A stretch of 64,000 nt of DNA, taken from the IMG/VR virus record IMGVR_UViG_3300005836_000029, positions 642 to 64,641 of that record, one strand, 5' to 3'. Each line of letters opens with the position of its first letter. Position 1 is the stretch's first letter. The stretch is from a virus. Positions 1 to 8,496 of the stretch are shown piece after piece. The position numbers and the translations under genes are program-made. The notes under the pieces are model-generated. The model worked only from the letters and a program-made list of their open reading frames with translations, was not told the DNA's origin and did not search any database.

Positions 1-1
1 C

Positions 2-2437
2 ACTCTGAATCAGGAGGGTGTCAGCCTGCGGTCCATCGGGGATGAGGCGAAGAGGTCTGGACGGTCCGTGCAGGACTTCACTTCGGACCTCGTGCATTCG
101 AGCGTGGCCTATTCCCGAGCGTTCGGAGTTCCTCTGCAAGAGATCACGCAGATGCAGTCGGAGCTCTTCACGGAGATGGGGCAGAATCTACAGCAGAGCC
201 GCCTTTCGTTCGCTCAGATGACTCGAGCTGCCGGGGAGTCTGGTATCGCCTCGAACAAGTTCTTCTCGATCATCCGGGGCGTTTCAGCGGACTTGAGCCT
301 CTACAACACCCGTCTCGAGGATGCGGTCAAGACCCTCAAGCTCCTCGGGAAGGTGATGAGCCCCCGGAACGCTCAGAAGTTCATGCAGACAGCTACCCAG
401 GCCCTCAAGGGCATGGGTCGTCACGACCTTCTCAAGACCGCTCTGCTCGGTGGGAAGCAAGCGTCGAAGGCTCTGGAACGGGACCTCGACCGCAAAGCCA
501 AGAACATCGGGGACACCATCGCCGAGGCCGGGGGCAAGGCGGGACTTTCTCGTGCGGACCTCCTGTCGAAGCCCGTCGAGGAGTTGATGTCCGGCGTGGG
601 TAAGGAGCAAGCCGGCGCCATTCGGGAGGCCATCTCCGATTTGCGCATGGACACCAAGGCGTCGAAGAAGGGAGTCTTCGGCAAAGCCATGGCCATGCGC
701 AATGTGGGCATGGGGGCCGGTCTCGAGATCATGAAGTCGTCCCTCAACATCGGAGGAACGGGCAAGCTCGTCGATCGAATCGGTGATATCGGCACCCAGA
801 TGATGGCCGAGAACCAGGGCATCAGCATGGAGCAGCTCGCCGGCATGGCCAAGTTCGAAATGGCCATCGACGACGAAAAGGAGACCCTGAAGAAGGGCCT
901 CGAGAACAACGACCCCAAGACCCTCGAAAAGCTCTCCAAGGCCGGAATCAAGGCGACCCAGGAGGGTATCGACGCGGCTGGCACCGATCAGATTTTCGAC
1001 ACCATGGATGCCTCCAAGCAGGAACTCATGAAGGTCGATGCTGGCGTTCAGGACATGGGCAAGGCTCAGGCGAAGCTCACGAGCAGCGTTCTCGACAAAC
1101 TGGGGGCCCTGGTCGACTTCGTGATGAACCAAATCTACGACGTGATGTCCTCGATCTTGGAAGCGATCATGAGCTTCCCCTTCGTCGGGGGCAAGGAGAA
1201 GGAAAAGGTCGGAGCTCTGAAGGCTGCTCGGCAAGCGACCGCTGGTAAGGTGGAGATCACGAAGGTCATCAATGCCGCCGACGTGAACAAGGCCATCGCC
1301 GGGACCTCGATCGTCAAGTCGATGAACAAGGTCCTCGACCAAGCGGCGTCCATGGGCAAAGGTGCCCCCGACAAGACGGCCATGGAGATCGAAGCCCTGA
1401 AGGCCAAGAAGGCTACGGGTGAATCTGCGGCGACTCCTGGAGAAGCCTGGTCCAAGGCCGATGACAAGCATCTCGCCACGCTTGAGAAGCAGGCCGCTGA
1501 GCAGAAGAAGGTCATGGAGACGGCCCAGGGTCTCGTTCGAGACATGGACCGCGTGTTCGACGCCGACCAGTGGGCCGCCGCTATCGAGAAGGGCAGCGGC
1601 AAGGAGATGGCGGATCGATTCAAGGAGATCCAGGCCGAGAACATGAAGCAGGTCGCTCGGGTAGGGGCTCGGGAGTTGTCCCCCTCGGAGATTCTCGACA
1701 AGATGGGGGCGTCCATGGGGGACATCGGCGCTGCCATCAAGGAATTGCCCACCGGAGATGCCACACTAGGTCGAAAGACGGCGGGGCTTTCGGCCGCCGC
1801 TAGCACCTTGAAGGAGGGCGGGTTCTACGACGATGCCAAGGTAGCGGCAGAGTCGAGCCAATCGACAGCCGAGGCCACGCAGGACCTGTCCGATCGCTCG
1901 AAGGGTAATTCCTTGGTGGTCAAGTTCGGGGACTCTTGGCTCCGAAACAAGTACCGGAAGACGATCGAGGAAGCCGTCCTGGATTCGACGCGGACTGCTC
2001 TGTTCGAGTACTACATGTACAAGGACCTCGACCAGTCCGATGTGGCAAAGTATCTCCAGCAGAACAACATGAGCCCTCAAGACTTTGCTAAGAAGGCTCT
2101 CAGCGAGGCAAAGGAGGGCAAAACCGCCAAGGACTGGATGCAGCCCAGCGGTGGAGGGGAGGCCGGTACAGCTACCGGGAACGCAGCGGGAGGTATGGTC
2201 ACAGGGGTCACGGACGGTCTTGCGACAGTCCGAGCGGCAGCCGGCGAGGGATTGGCCTCGGTGGGTCCTGGAGAGCGCATCCTGCCAGCCGGAGCTGGAG
2301 GTGGGGGTCGTGGAGGTGGCGGAGGAAACTACAACATCAACGTGAACGGCGTCGGTGGCAACGACCTGGCCAAGATGATCCATGCGGCGGTCATCGACAC
2401 GGTTGCCGAGTACAAGCGGCGTGAGCGGTACACCTGA
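2..2437 (+). CDS. Tail tape measure protein (5'-truncated; reading frame is open to the window edge)
   Basis: The frame of ORF 68..2437 stays open back to nt 2 (TLNQEGVSLRSIGDEAKRSGRSV). Long Ala/Lys/Gly-rich helical sequence with an amphipathic stretch (LGALVDFVMNQIYDVMSSILEAIMSFPF) and a TMP-type C-terminal motif (NAAGGMV...GEGLASVGPGERILP). Lies directly upstream of baseplate genes. Confidence 0.8.
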   Translation, partial: TLNQEGVSLRSIGDEAKRSGRSVQDFTSDLVHSSVAYSRAFGVPLQEITQMQSELFTEMGQNLQQSRLSFAQMTRAAGESGIASNKFFSIIRGVSADLSLYNTRLEDAVKTLKLLGKVMSPRNAQKFMQTATQALKGMGRHDLLKTALLGGKQASKALERDLDRKAKNIGDTIAEAGGKAGLSRADLLSKPVEELMSGVGKEQAGAIREAISDLRMDTKASKKGVFGKAMAMRNVGMGAGLEIMKSSLNIGGTGKLVDRIGDIGTQMMAENQGISMEQLAGMAKFEMAIDDEKETLKKGLENNDPKTLEKLSKAGIKATQEGIDAAGTDQIFDTMDASKQELMKVDAGVQDMGKAQAKLTSSVLDKLGALVDFVMNQIYDVMSSILEAIMSFPFVGGKEKEKVGALKAARQATAGKVEITKVINAADVNKAIAGTSIVKSMNKVLDQAASMGKGAPDKTAMEIEALKAKKATGESAATPGEAWSKADDKHLATLEKQAAEQKKVMETAQGLVRDMDRVFDADQWAAAIEKGSGKEMADRFKEIQAENMKQVARVGARELSPSEILDKMGASMGDIGAAIKELPTGDATLGRKTAGLSAAASTLKEGGFYDDAKVAAESSQSTAEATQDLSDRSKGNSLVVKFGDSWLRNKYRKTIEEAVLDSTRTALFEYYMYKDLDQSDVAKYLQQNNMSPQDFAKKALSEAKEGKTAKDWMQPSGGGEAGTATGNAAGGMVTGVTDGLATVRAAAGEGLASVGPGERILPAGAGGGGRGGGGGNYNINVNGVGGNDLAKMIHAAVIDTVAEYKRRERYT

Positions 2438-3258
2438 TGGCAAGGATCCCGTCTCCCAACCCTGACTTCTCGCCGATCACGGTTCCAGGGAAACCGGGCT
2501 ACACCCATCCTGTTGATGTTCGGTCGCAGCTCTCTCCCTCACCCGTCGTAATCACGGGAAGTGCCTCAGGAAGTGCCGTTTCGACGACAGCACCGACGAA
2601 CCCGAGGCCCATTCCGATGGCCTTCCAGGTGTCGAGCCCCTTCAGTCGGTTGCGGGCGCTTCTTCCTCATGCCCTGGTTTTGCACGTCAATCCCTCGAGC
2701 ATCCAGGAGAGCAACAACCAGAAGATCGAACGGATCCAGACTCGGGGAGGATTCGTCGAACAGCACTGGGGCCACGAGCTCGTCGAGATTTCTGCCGACG
2801 CTTCGACGGGGGCGTTCATGAACATCCGGACGGGGCTCACGAGCGTCTTGAGGCAGAGGACGATCGCCTGGGACCGCTTCCGAGACCTCCACGATCTGTT
2901 TCGCAACAACGGGGCCGTCTACGATCCCTCGGGGAACCTCGTCCTTCAGGGGAACATCATCCTCATGTACGACCGGGGGACCTATATCGGGGGGTTCCGC
3001 AGCTTCGAATGGGAAGACACCGAGGACAGCCCCTTCGCCTTCAAGTTGAGCTGGTCCTTCAAGATCGAGCACACGATCTACAGCGTCGACAGCTCTGGAT
3101 TCGGAACGGTCGTCCCTGGGGCAACGCCGTCCTTCCAGAACATCAACACGGCGACAACGGCTGGGACGACGGCCAGTGAGGCCAATACAGGTCAGCAACT
3201 GGCGAACTTCGAACCGGCTGCTGTTTTCGCGAACAATCAGAACACAAACCTGAGGTAG
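2437..3258 (+). CDS. Tube-fold baseplate/tail-tube initiator-like protein (gp48/gp54-like)
   Basis: Overlaps the TMP stop (TGATG). Motif LVLHVNPSSIQE...IQTRGGFVEQHWG...ISADASTG...YIGGFRSFEWED...PFAFKLSWSFKI is typical of post-TMP tube-like proteins and is paralogous to the C-terminal part of the next gene. Confidence 0.6.
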   Translation: MARIPSPNPDFSPITVPGKPGYTHPVDVRSQLSPSPVVITGSASGSAVSTTAPTNPRPIPMAFQVSSPFSRLRALLPHALVLHVNPSSIQESNNQKIERIQTRGGFVEQHWGHELVEISADASTGAFMNIRTGLTSVLRQRTIAWDRFRDLHDLFRNNGAVYDPSGNLVLQGNIILMYDRGTYIGGFRSFEWEDTEDSPFAFKLSWSFKIEHTIYSVDSSGFGTVVPGATPSFQNINTATTAGTTASEANTGQQLANFEPAAVFANNQNTNLR

Positions 3259-3262
3259 AAGT

Positions 3263-4996
3263 ATGGCCGCCATTCCGACCAATCGAAGGGGTTCTCCTGG
3301 GTCCCAGGTGTACCAGTCGATCGAAGCGACGGCGGACTACTACTCGCCTTTCACGTACGCCCAGCTCCTGACGTTCTACGACAGCTTCGAGTCGAGCATC
3401 GACCCGGCCTCAGGCTCCTTCCTCGGCGTAACCACGACGGGAACGATCTGGGGGAAGCAGAGCATTCTCTTTGCTGTAGGGATCATTCCTCCTGCGGCTG
3501 CCGTCACGGGGCGACTCCTCGACCGGACTTCCAGCATCATCACGGTGGAAGGTGCCGACGGAATCAGCGGGACGAACGGGAGTACACAGGCACTCGGAAA
3601 CGACAAGCGTGAACGGATCGTGTCCCTTGCGAATAGCTACATCGGAGCCGGTAACAGCACGGATCCGGCCAGGTTCCAGGGCCTACTCGCGTCTGCAAAT
3701 GACGGGGACCTCGTTAAGAGGAACTTCTTCCAGGCTCCCAATTTGAGCACTTGCGGCTTGGCAGTCCGAGGATTTTGGCGGGCTGCCGGGGTGCAAGACT
3801 CGAGCCTGACCGACAAATACAAGATCGGGGCGGCGATCAGTGACACGATCAATATTGGTCGTAAAAATGGGGCTCTCGTCAGTCCCAAACAAATCAAGGA
3901 TGGCAGCTACAGCATCCAGCCCGGAGACATGGTTCTGGTGCAAACCCCGTCCGACGACGGGATCAGCCACCAGCACGTCTACACAGTCACCAGTGTGGAC
4001 GGCAACGGGCACTACACCTCCGTGGATGGGGGCCAGGTCGATTCCCACGGACAGCAGGCCATCGGCCAGTACAGCCGCACGATCAAGGAGAACGCCGACG
4101 GAACCTTGGTGGACAACAACGGCTACGGTCCCCGGAATGTCGTCGCCGTCATCGATGTGAGCAAGTTGCCCTTCGACTTCGACAACGGCGGTACCAAGGC
4201 CGTCTCGGGCGATGCCAGCAACGGCAACTGGAACATCAACGGGGCTCCCAATGCCAAGGCCGCTGCTCAGCAGCAAGCTTCGCAGGCGGGCAGCCCCCTC
4301 TTGGCCACGGCGACGGGGCAGGACCTCACGGCTGCCCAGAAGAACGCGATCCAAGCGACCCAGTTCGCCTTGGGGCAGATGGCAAAGTGCCCGCCCTTGG
4401 CCATGATGGTCAACCCGAGCAGCTTCTCCGTGAAGGGGGAGAAGATCGTCAACGACGGCAACTGGGGCCGCAACGGTCCCATCATCGAATACTGGGGTGA
4501 CCAGCAGGACAAGATCAGTGGCTCCGGAAAGCTCGCCTCCTTCATGGCCATCGACACGTCCAATGCCAACGGACCCGGGCTCACCCGTTGGGCCAGGAAC
4601 TATTCAGCCTCCTGGCAGAACTTCCAGTCGCTCTACCACATCTACCGCAGCAACGGGGCGGTGTTCCTGCCGGATGACACGACTCGCCGCGAGTACCAGA
4701 ACCTGTCTCTGGTCGGGTCCATCTACATCTACTACGACAACGTGATCTACATCGGAAGCTTCGACAGCTTCAACCTCACCGAGAACGACACAGCCCCCTT
4801 CTCGGCGGAGTACAGCTTCGAATTCACGGTCCGAGCATCGTTCCTCCTCGATCGCACGGACGATGCCTTCGACTACGGCGTCCCCCAGATCACGCAAGGG
4901 GCAAGCATCCCGTTCCAGACGCCTCCTCCAGAATCCAGGGTCATCACAACGCAGCCGGTGGCACAACCCCAGGGTGTCCTCCAGGGAGTCTTCTAG
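3263..4996 (+). CDS. Baseplate protein: central CHAP/NlpC-P60-like peptidoglycan hydrolase domain plus C-terminal tube-fold initiator-like domain
   Basis: IVSLANSYIG...STCGLAVRGFW...IQPGDMVLV...HQHVYTV...TSVDGGQ gives a Cys/His papain-like arrangement. The C-terminal LAMMVNPSSF...IIEYWGD...YIGSFDSFNLTE...PFSAEYSFEFTV is paralogous to 2437..3258. Confidence 0.6.
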   Translation: MAAIPTNRRGSPGSQVYQSIEATADYYSPFTYAQLLTFYDSFESSIDPASGSFLGVTTTGTIWGKQSILFAVGIIPPAAAVTGRLLDRTSSIITVEGADGISGTNGSTQALGNDKRERIVSLANSYIGAGNSTDPARFQGLLASANDGDLVKRNFFQAPNLSTCGLAVRGFWRAAGVQDSSLTDKYKIGAAISDTINIGRKNGALVSPKQIKDGSYSIQPGDMVLVQTPSDDGISHQHVYTVTSVDGNGHYTSVDGGQVDSHGQQAIGQYSRTIKENADGTLVDNNGYGPRNVVAVIDVSKLPFDFDNGGTKAVSGDASNGNWNINGAPNAKAAAQQQASQAGSPLLATATGQDLTAAQKNAIQATQFALGQMAKCPPLAMMVNPSSFSVKGEKIVNDGNWGRNGPIIEYWGDQQDKISGSGKLASFMAIDTSNANGPGLTRWARNYSASWQNFQSLYHIYRSNGAVFLPDDTTRREYQNLSLVGSIYIYYDNVIYIGSFDSFNLTENDTAPFSAEYSFEFTVRASFLLDRTDDAFDYGVPQITQGASIPFQTPPPESRVITTQPVAQPQGVLQGVF

Positions 4997-4998
4997 TC

Positions 4999-7900
4999 AT
5001 GCGAGGACCGTTCGAAGGTACGTGGCAGCAAGGTATCCGACCGACCGTCGTTACGGCTCCGGACGCCCTCGTGTACATCAACGGCGACACGGAACTGGTC
5101 GGATGCGCCTCGTGTCACCGGCGTTTCGACATCAACAAGTACATCACTTCGGTCCAAGTCGACCTCCACGTGGATAGCGTTCCGGGGTCCGCTTCGATCA
5201 ACATGTCGATCCCCCGGCACTCGGTCGACGAGTTCTACTTCGACGGGAACCCTCTGATCACCCCCATGATGGAGGTCGAGATTTTCGCCAAGGGGTACTT
5301 CCTCGTCGAGGGTCTGCCCCAGTACTACCCCATTTTTTGGGGTCTTGTGACGGAAGTCAGCGACAGCTACTCGGGGGGCGAGCACAGCTTCAGCATCAAC
5401 TGTGCCGACATCCTCAAGTGGTGGGAGCTCTGCAAGATCAACACGACGCCTGCTTTCACCCAAGGAGCCGGGCAGCTTGGGCGGAGCATTTTTGGCAACG
5501 TGCTCTTCGGATCGAACCCCTACGACATGATCTGGACGCTGGCTCAGCAATCCTTCGGAGATGTCGTCGTCGGTTCGGGGTCCCTCATCAGTCTCACCAA
5601 GGAATCCACCCAGAGGCAGACCTTCAACGTCGCCCTCGGGGACATCATGCTGTACTGGCAGCAGAGGTTCACACGCATCCGATCGAACCTCATGCTGTAC
5701 GGTACGGCAGGGAATGCCGTTCGTGGGGATATCCTCTACCAGACCTACCAGAAGAACGGAGGTGATCGGCGATACAAGGACAGCAAGTCGGTTCCTTTCG
5801 CCTCGCAGGCCGTGCGTCAGGCAAATGGCGGCACGGAGGGGTCACAGATGGTCTTCGACCCGACTGACCCGGCAGTGACAGCCTTCCGGACCCAGTTCAG
5901 CCAAGCCGGGCAAGTGAACTTCTGGTCGTCCGAGTTCCAGACGAAGCTCGAGATCGCCAACGCCTGCAAGGACGCCATCGGCTTCGAGTTCTTCATGGAT
6001 GTGACCGGCGACATCGTATTCAAGCCGCCCTTCTACAACCTCGACGTTCTCTCCAACAAGCCCATCTCTTGGATCCAAGACATCGACATCATCGATTGGG
6101 ACTTCTCCGAGTCCGAGGCCGAGGTCGTCACCCAGCTCCAGCTCTCCGGATCCTTCGGCGGAAACATCGACTACGGCATGCCCGAGGAGTGCACGCCTAC
6201 AACTTCCGTCACGGACTACCACCTCCTTCGCAAGTACGGCTGGAGGACGCAGACTTTCAACTCGGAGTTCTCGTCGAGCCCCGTGCAGATGTTCAACATC
6301 GGGCTCGACATGCTCGACCGCCTCAATTCAAGGCGTTTCCGGGGGTCCGTCAACATCCCCCTGCGGCCCGAGCTGAGGCTAGGATTCCCGGTCTACATCG
6401 CGCCCAAGGATCAAGTTTGGTACGTCTCTGGCATCAGCCACAACATCCAGTTTGGTGGCAGGGCCCAGACGACCCTGACCTTGACCGCCAAGCGGAGCAA
6501 GTTCGTGGCACCGACGGGCATTGGCTCCCTCAAGGTGTCCTACAGCGGTGGAGGTGGGAAGAATCCATCGGGTCCGTTGTCGACGACCTATTCGGCCAAG
6601 CAGCTTGCGGCTGGGGGCCAGTTCCAAATCAAAGTGGGGGATGCTGCTCAGCTTCCCCCCACGAATCAACAGCTCGAGTCAGCAGCCTCTGGGAACAACC
6701 CCTACGAGCCTCTGGTCCTCCGCCACCCGAAGACCGGTCGGCTCCTCGGCTATCCCAACGTGGTACTGGCCTACACCCGGCCGTTCGTCGACCCTGGGGC
6801 TACCAAGGCCGCCTCGGTACAGGGGCGGAAGGATCCGAATGCCGCACGTGTCGTAGCTCAACAACGCAAGAACGTCCAAAATCAAGGGACGGGGGTCATC
6901 AATGCCCAATATTCGACGGAAGCTCACACAGTCCAGAACGAGGACATCCTCCGTCAGAAGTACCTGAACAATCGGCACAGCTACGGCCTGAACTCGGCGG
7001 GGGTGTATGCGTACCTCTTCGAGCAAACGGCCTATATCAAGGAGATGGTCCTCGTACCGACGAAGAACATCAAGATCGACTCGAATGCCACGACCCTTAC
7101 GAAGAGCAATATCAAGTCCGCCACTGGAAGCACGGGGAACTTCCAGCTCGAGGGGGCCACGGCGATGATTCGCCCCGTGAGCGATGAACGAGGGTTCGAG
7201 GTCATCGGCCACTTCCGGTACGGACGAGGGGTTTCCCTGACCGACGGTTCGCTCATTCTCAACAGTTCATCCTCGGACCCGGGAGCCCTGAACAGCAAAG
7301 CCAACGTCAGCTTTCAACTGGCGATGACAGGGGAGCTCACGGGCACCCTTCAGGCGCAGTCCTCTGGGCTGACGACAGCGAGCGGGCAATCGACCAACCC
7401 TGCCAAGACCATCGCCTCCCTTCAGCCGGAGGACCTCCAGACGGGTGCGTCGATCAATCCCGACACCAAGATTCCGGAGTTCAGTACCCCCGACCAGAAC
7501 TTCGTGGATGCGGCTCCTTTGGGGTCTCCCAAGCAGTCGGGGGCGACGAACACAGGGTCCACGGCGGCCGTTGAAGCAGCCCAACTCTCGCATGCCCTGA
7601 CCCTTGCGGAAATGGCCGTGAGGGAAGCCGTTCCCACGCAGGAGGAGTGCGACTGCCTCTTGGGTCGAGCCGACCTTGGTTTCATCAACGTGGGGTACCA
7701 AATCAGTGTCGTTGGGGTTTCGGGCCCCGTGTCAAGTGCATCGAGCCAGGCTGACTTGGCCTCTGCTCAGAAGTCCTTGGCCAACCTGTCGAGCCTTCAG
7801 GATGCCGCCGTTGCATCCGCTACAGCGGGAGCACCTCCCGACAAAGTATCTCTTCTCACCGTCGAGGCCATCACGGCTTTCCAACAGCAGCATCAAGCAG

Positions 7901-8493
7901 AGATCGATGAGGCCGTGGCCATCACGGGGAATGCCCCAACGTCGACGACTACGAGCGGCCCCGTCCAGGATACGGTCCTCAACATGTCCGTGACCCTTGG
8001 AAGGGTCGAGGGATACCTGACGAACCTCTACCAGGCTCTGGATGTGTCCCATCAGCAGTATGAGGCCGGACTCCGTGGGGATGCGTTGAACTTGCCTCAG
8101 AACAACCCCCAGGACATCCGTTTCGCAACGCCGGACGAATTGTCAGACGTCAGCCCGCCCTTCGGTGGGACAGGGAGGTCCCTGGGTGATCCGATCGCAG
8201 CCGCTCAGACGGCCGTCAACGACTTCAACAACGGCGTCGACAACATGGACAAGCTCGGGAAGTCTCTCCAGGCGCCCCAGAAGCGTGCCCAGTTGCAGCA
8301 AGAGATCGCAGACCTTCAGGGTCAAGTCGCGGATCTCACCAGCCAGCTCCAGGCGGCCCAGAGCAGCGTACCTCCGGCAAGCCCGAAGGAGATCAACCAG
8401 CTCAGCAAGCAGCTCGACCAAGTTGCTCAGAGGCTTGCCAAGAAGCAGCAGGACCTCAACGTACTCAACGCCGAATACCCGCCCACGGGATGA
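4999..8493 (+). CDS. Baseplate hub protein (gp27/gpD-like) with long C-terminal extension
   Basis: ITSVQVDLHVDSVPGSASI, IFWGLVTEVSDSYSGG..FSINCAD, FEFFMDVTGDIVFKPPFYN, GSVNIPLRPELRLGFPVYI...WYVSGISHNIQFGG..TTLTL are hub-type motifs. Sits between initiator and spike genes. Confidence 0.75.
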   Translation: MRGPFEGTWQQGIRPTVVTAPDALVYINGDTELVGCASCHRRFDINKYITSVQVDLHVDSVPGSASINMSIPRHSVDEFYFDGNPLITPMMEVEIFAKGYFLVEGLPQYYPIFWGLVTEVSDSYSGGEHSFSINCADILKWWELCKINTTPAFTQGAGQLGRSIFGNVLFGSNPYDMIWTLAQQSFGDVVVGSGSLISLTKESTQRQTFNVALGDIMLYWQQRFTRIRSNLMLYGTAGNAVRGDILYQTYQKNGGDRRYKDSKSVPFASQAVRQANGGTEGSQMVFDPTDPAVTAFRTQFSQAGQVNFWSSEFQTKLEIANACKDAIGFEFFMDVTGDIVFKPPFYNLDVLSNKPISWIQDIDIIDWDFSESEAEVVTQLQLSGSFGGNIDYGMPEECTPTTSVTDYHLLRKYGWRTQTFNSEFSSSPVQMFNIGLDMLDRLNSRRFRGSVNIPLRPELRLGFPVYIAPKDQVWYVSGISHNIQFGGRAQTTLTLTAKRSKFVAPTGIGSLKVSYSGGGGKNPSGPLSTTYSAKQLAAGGQFQIKVGDAAQLPPTNQQLESAASGNNPYEPLVLRHPKTGRLLGYPNVVLAYTRPFVDPGATKAASVQGRKDPNAARVVAQQRKNVQNQGTGVINAQYSTEAHTVQNEDILRQKYLNNRHSYGLNSAGVYAYLFEQTAYIKEMVLVPTKNIKIDSNATTLTKSNIKSATGSTGNFQLEGATAMIRPVSDERGFEVIGHFRYGRGVSLTDGSLILNSSSSDPGALNSKANVSFQLAMTGELTGTLQAQSSGLTTASGQSTNPAKTIASLQPEDLQTGASINPDTKIPEFSTPDQNFVDAAPLGSPKQSGATNTGSTAAVEAAQLSHALTLAEMAVREAVPTQEECDCLLGRADLGFINVGYQISVVGVSGPVSSASSQADLASAQKSLANLSSLQDAAVASATAGAPPDKVSLLTVEAITAFQQQHQAEIDEAVAITGNAPTSTTTSGPVQDTVLNMSVTLGRVEGYLTNLYQALDVSHQQYEAGLRGDALNLPQNNPQDIRFATPDELSDVSPPFGGTGRSLGDPIAAAQTAVNDFNNGVDNMDKLGKSLQAPQKRAQLQQEIADLQGQVADLTSQLQAAQSSVPPASPKEINQLSKQLDQVAQRLAKKQQDLNVLNAEYPPTG

Positions 8494-8496
8494 CCT

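Noticed and set aside
2300-2330. Gly-rich GGN run near the TMP C-terminus and GGF/GGS run at 36001..36060 as DNA repeats or G-quadruplex elements
   Set aside because: Explained by poly-Gly linkers in the encoded proteins.
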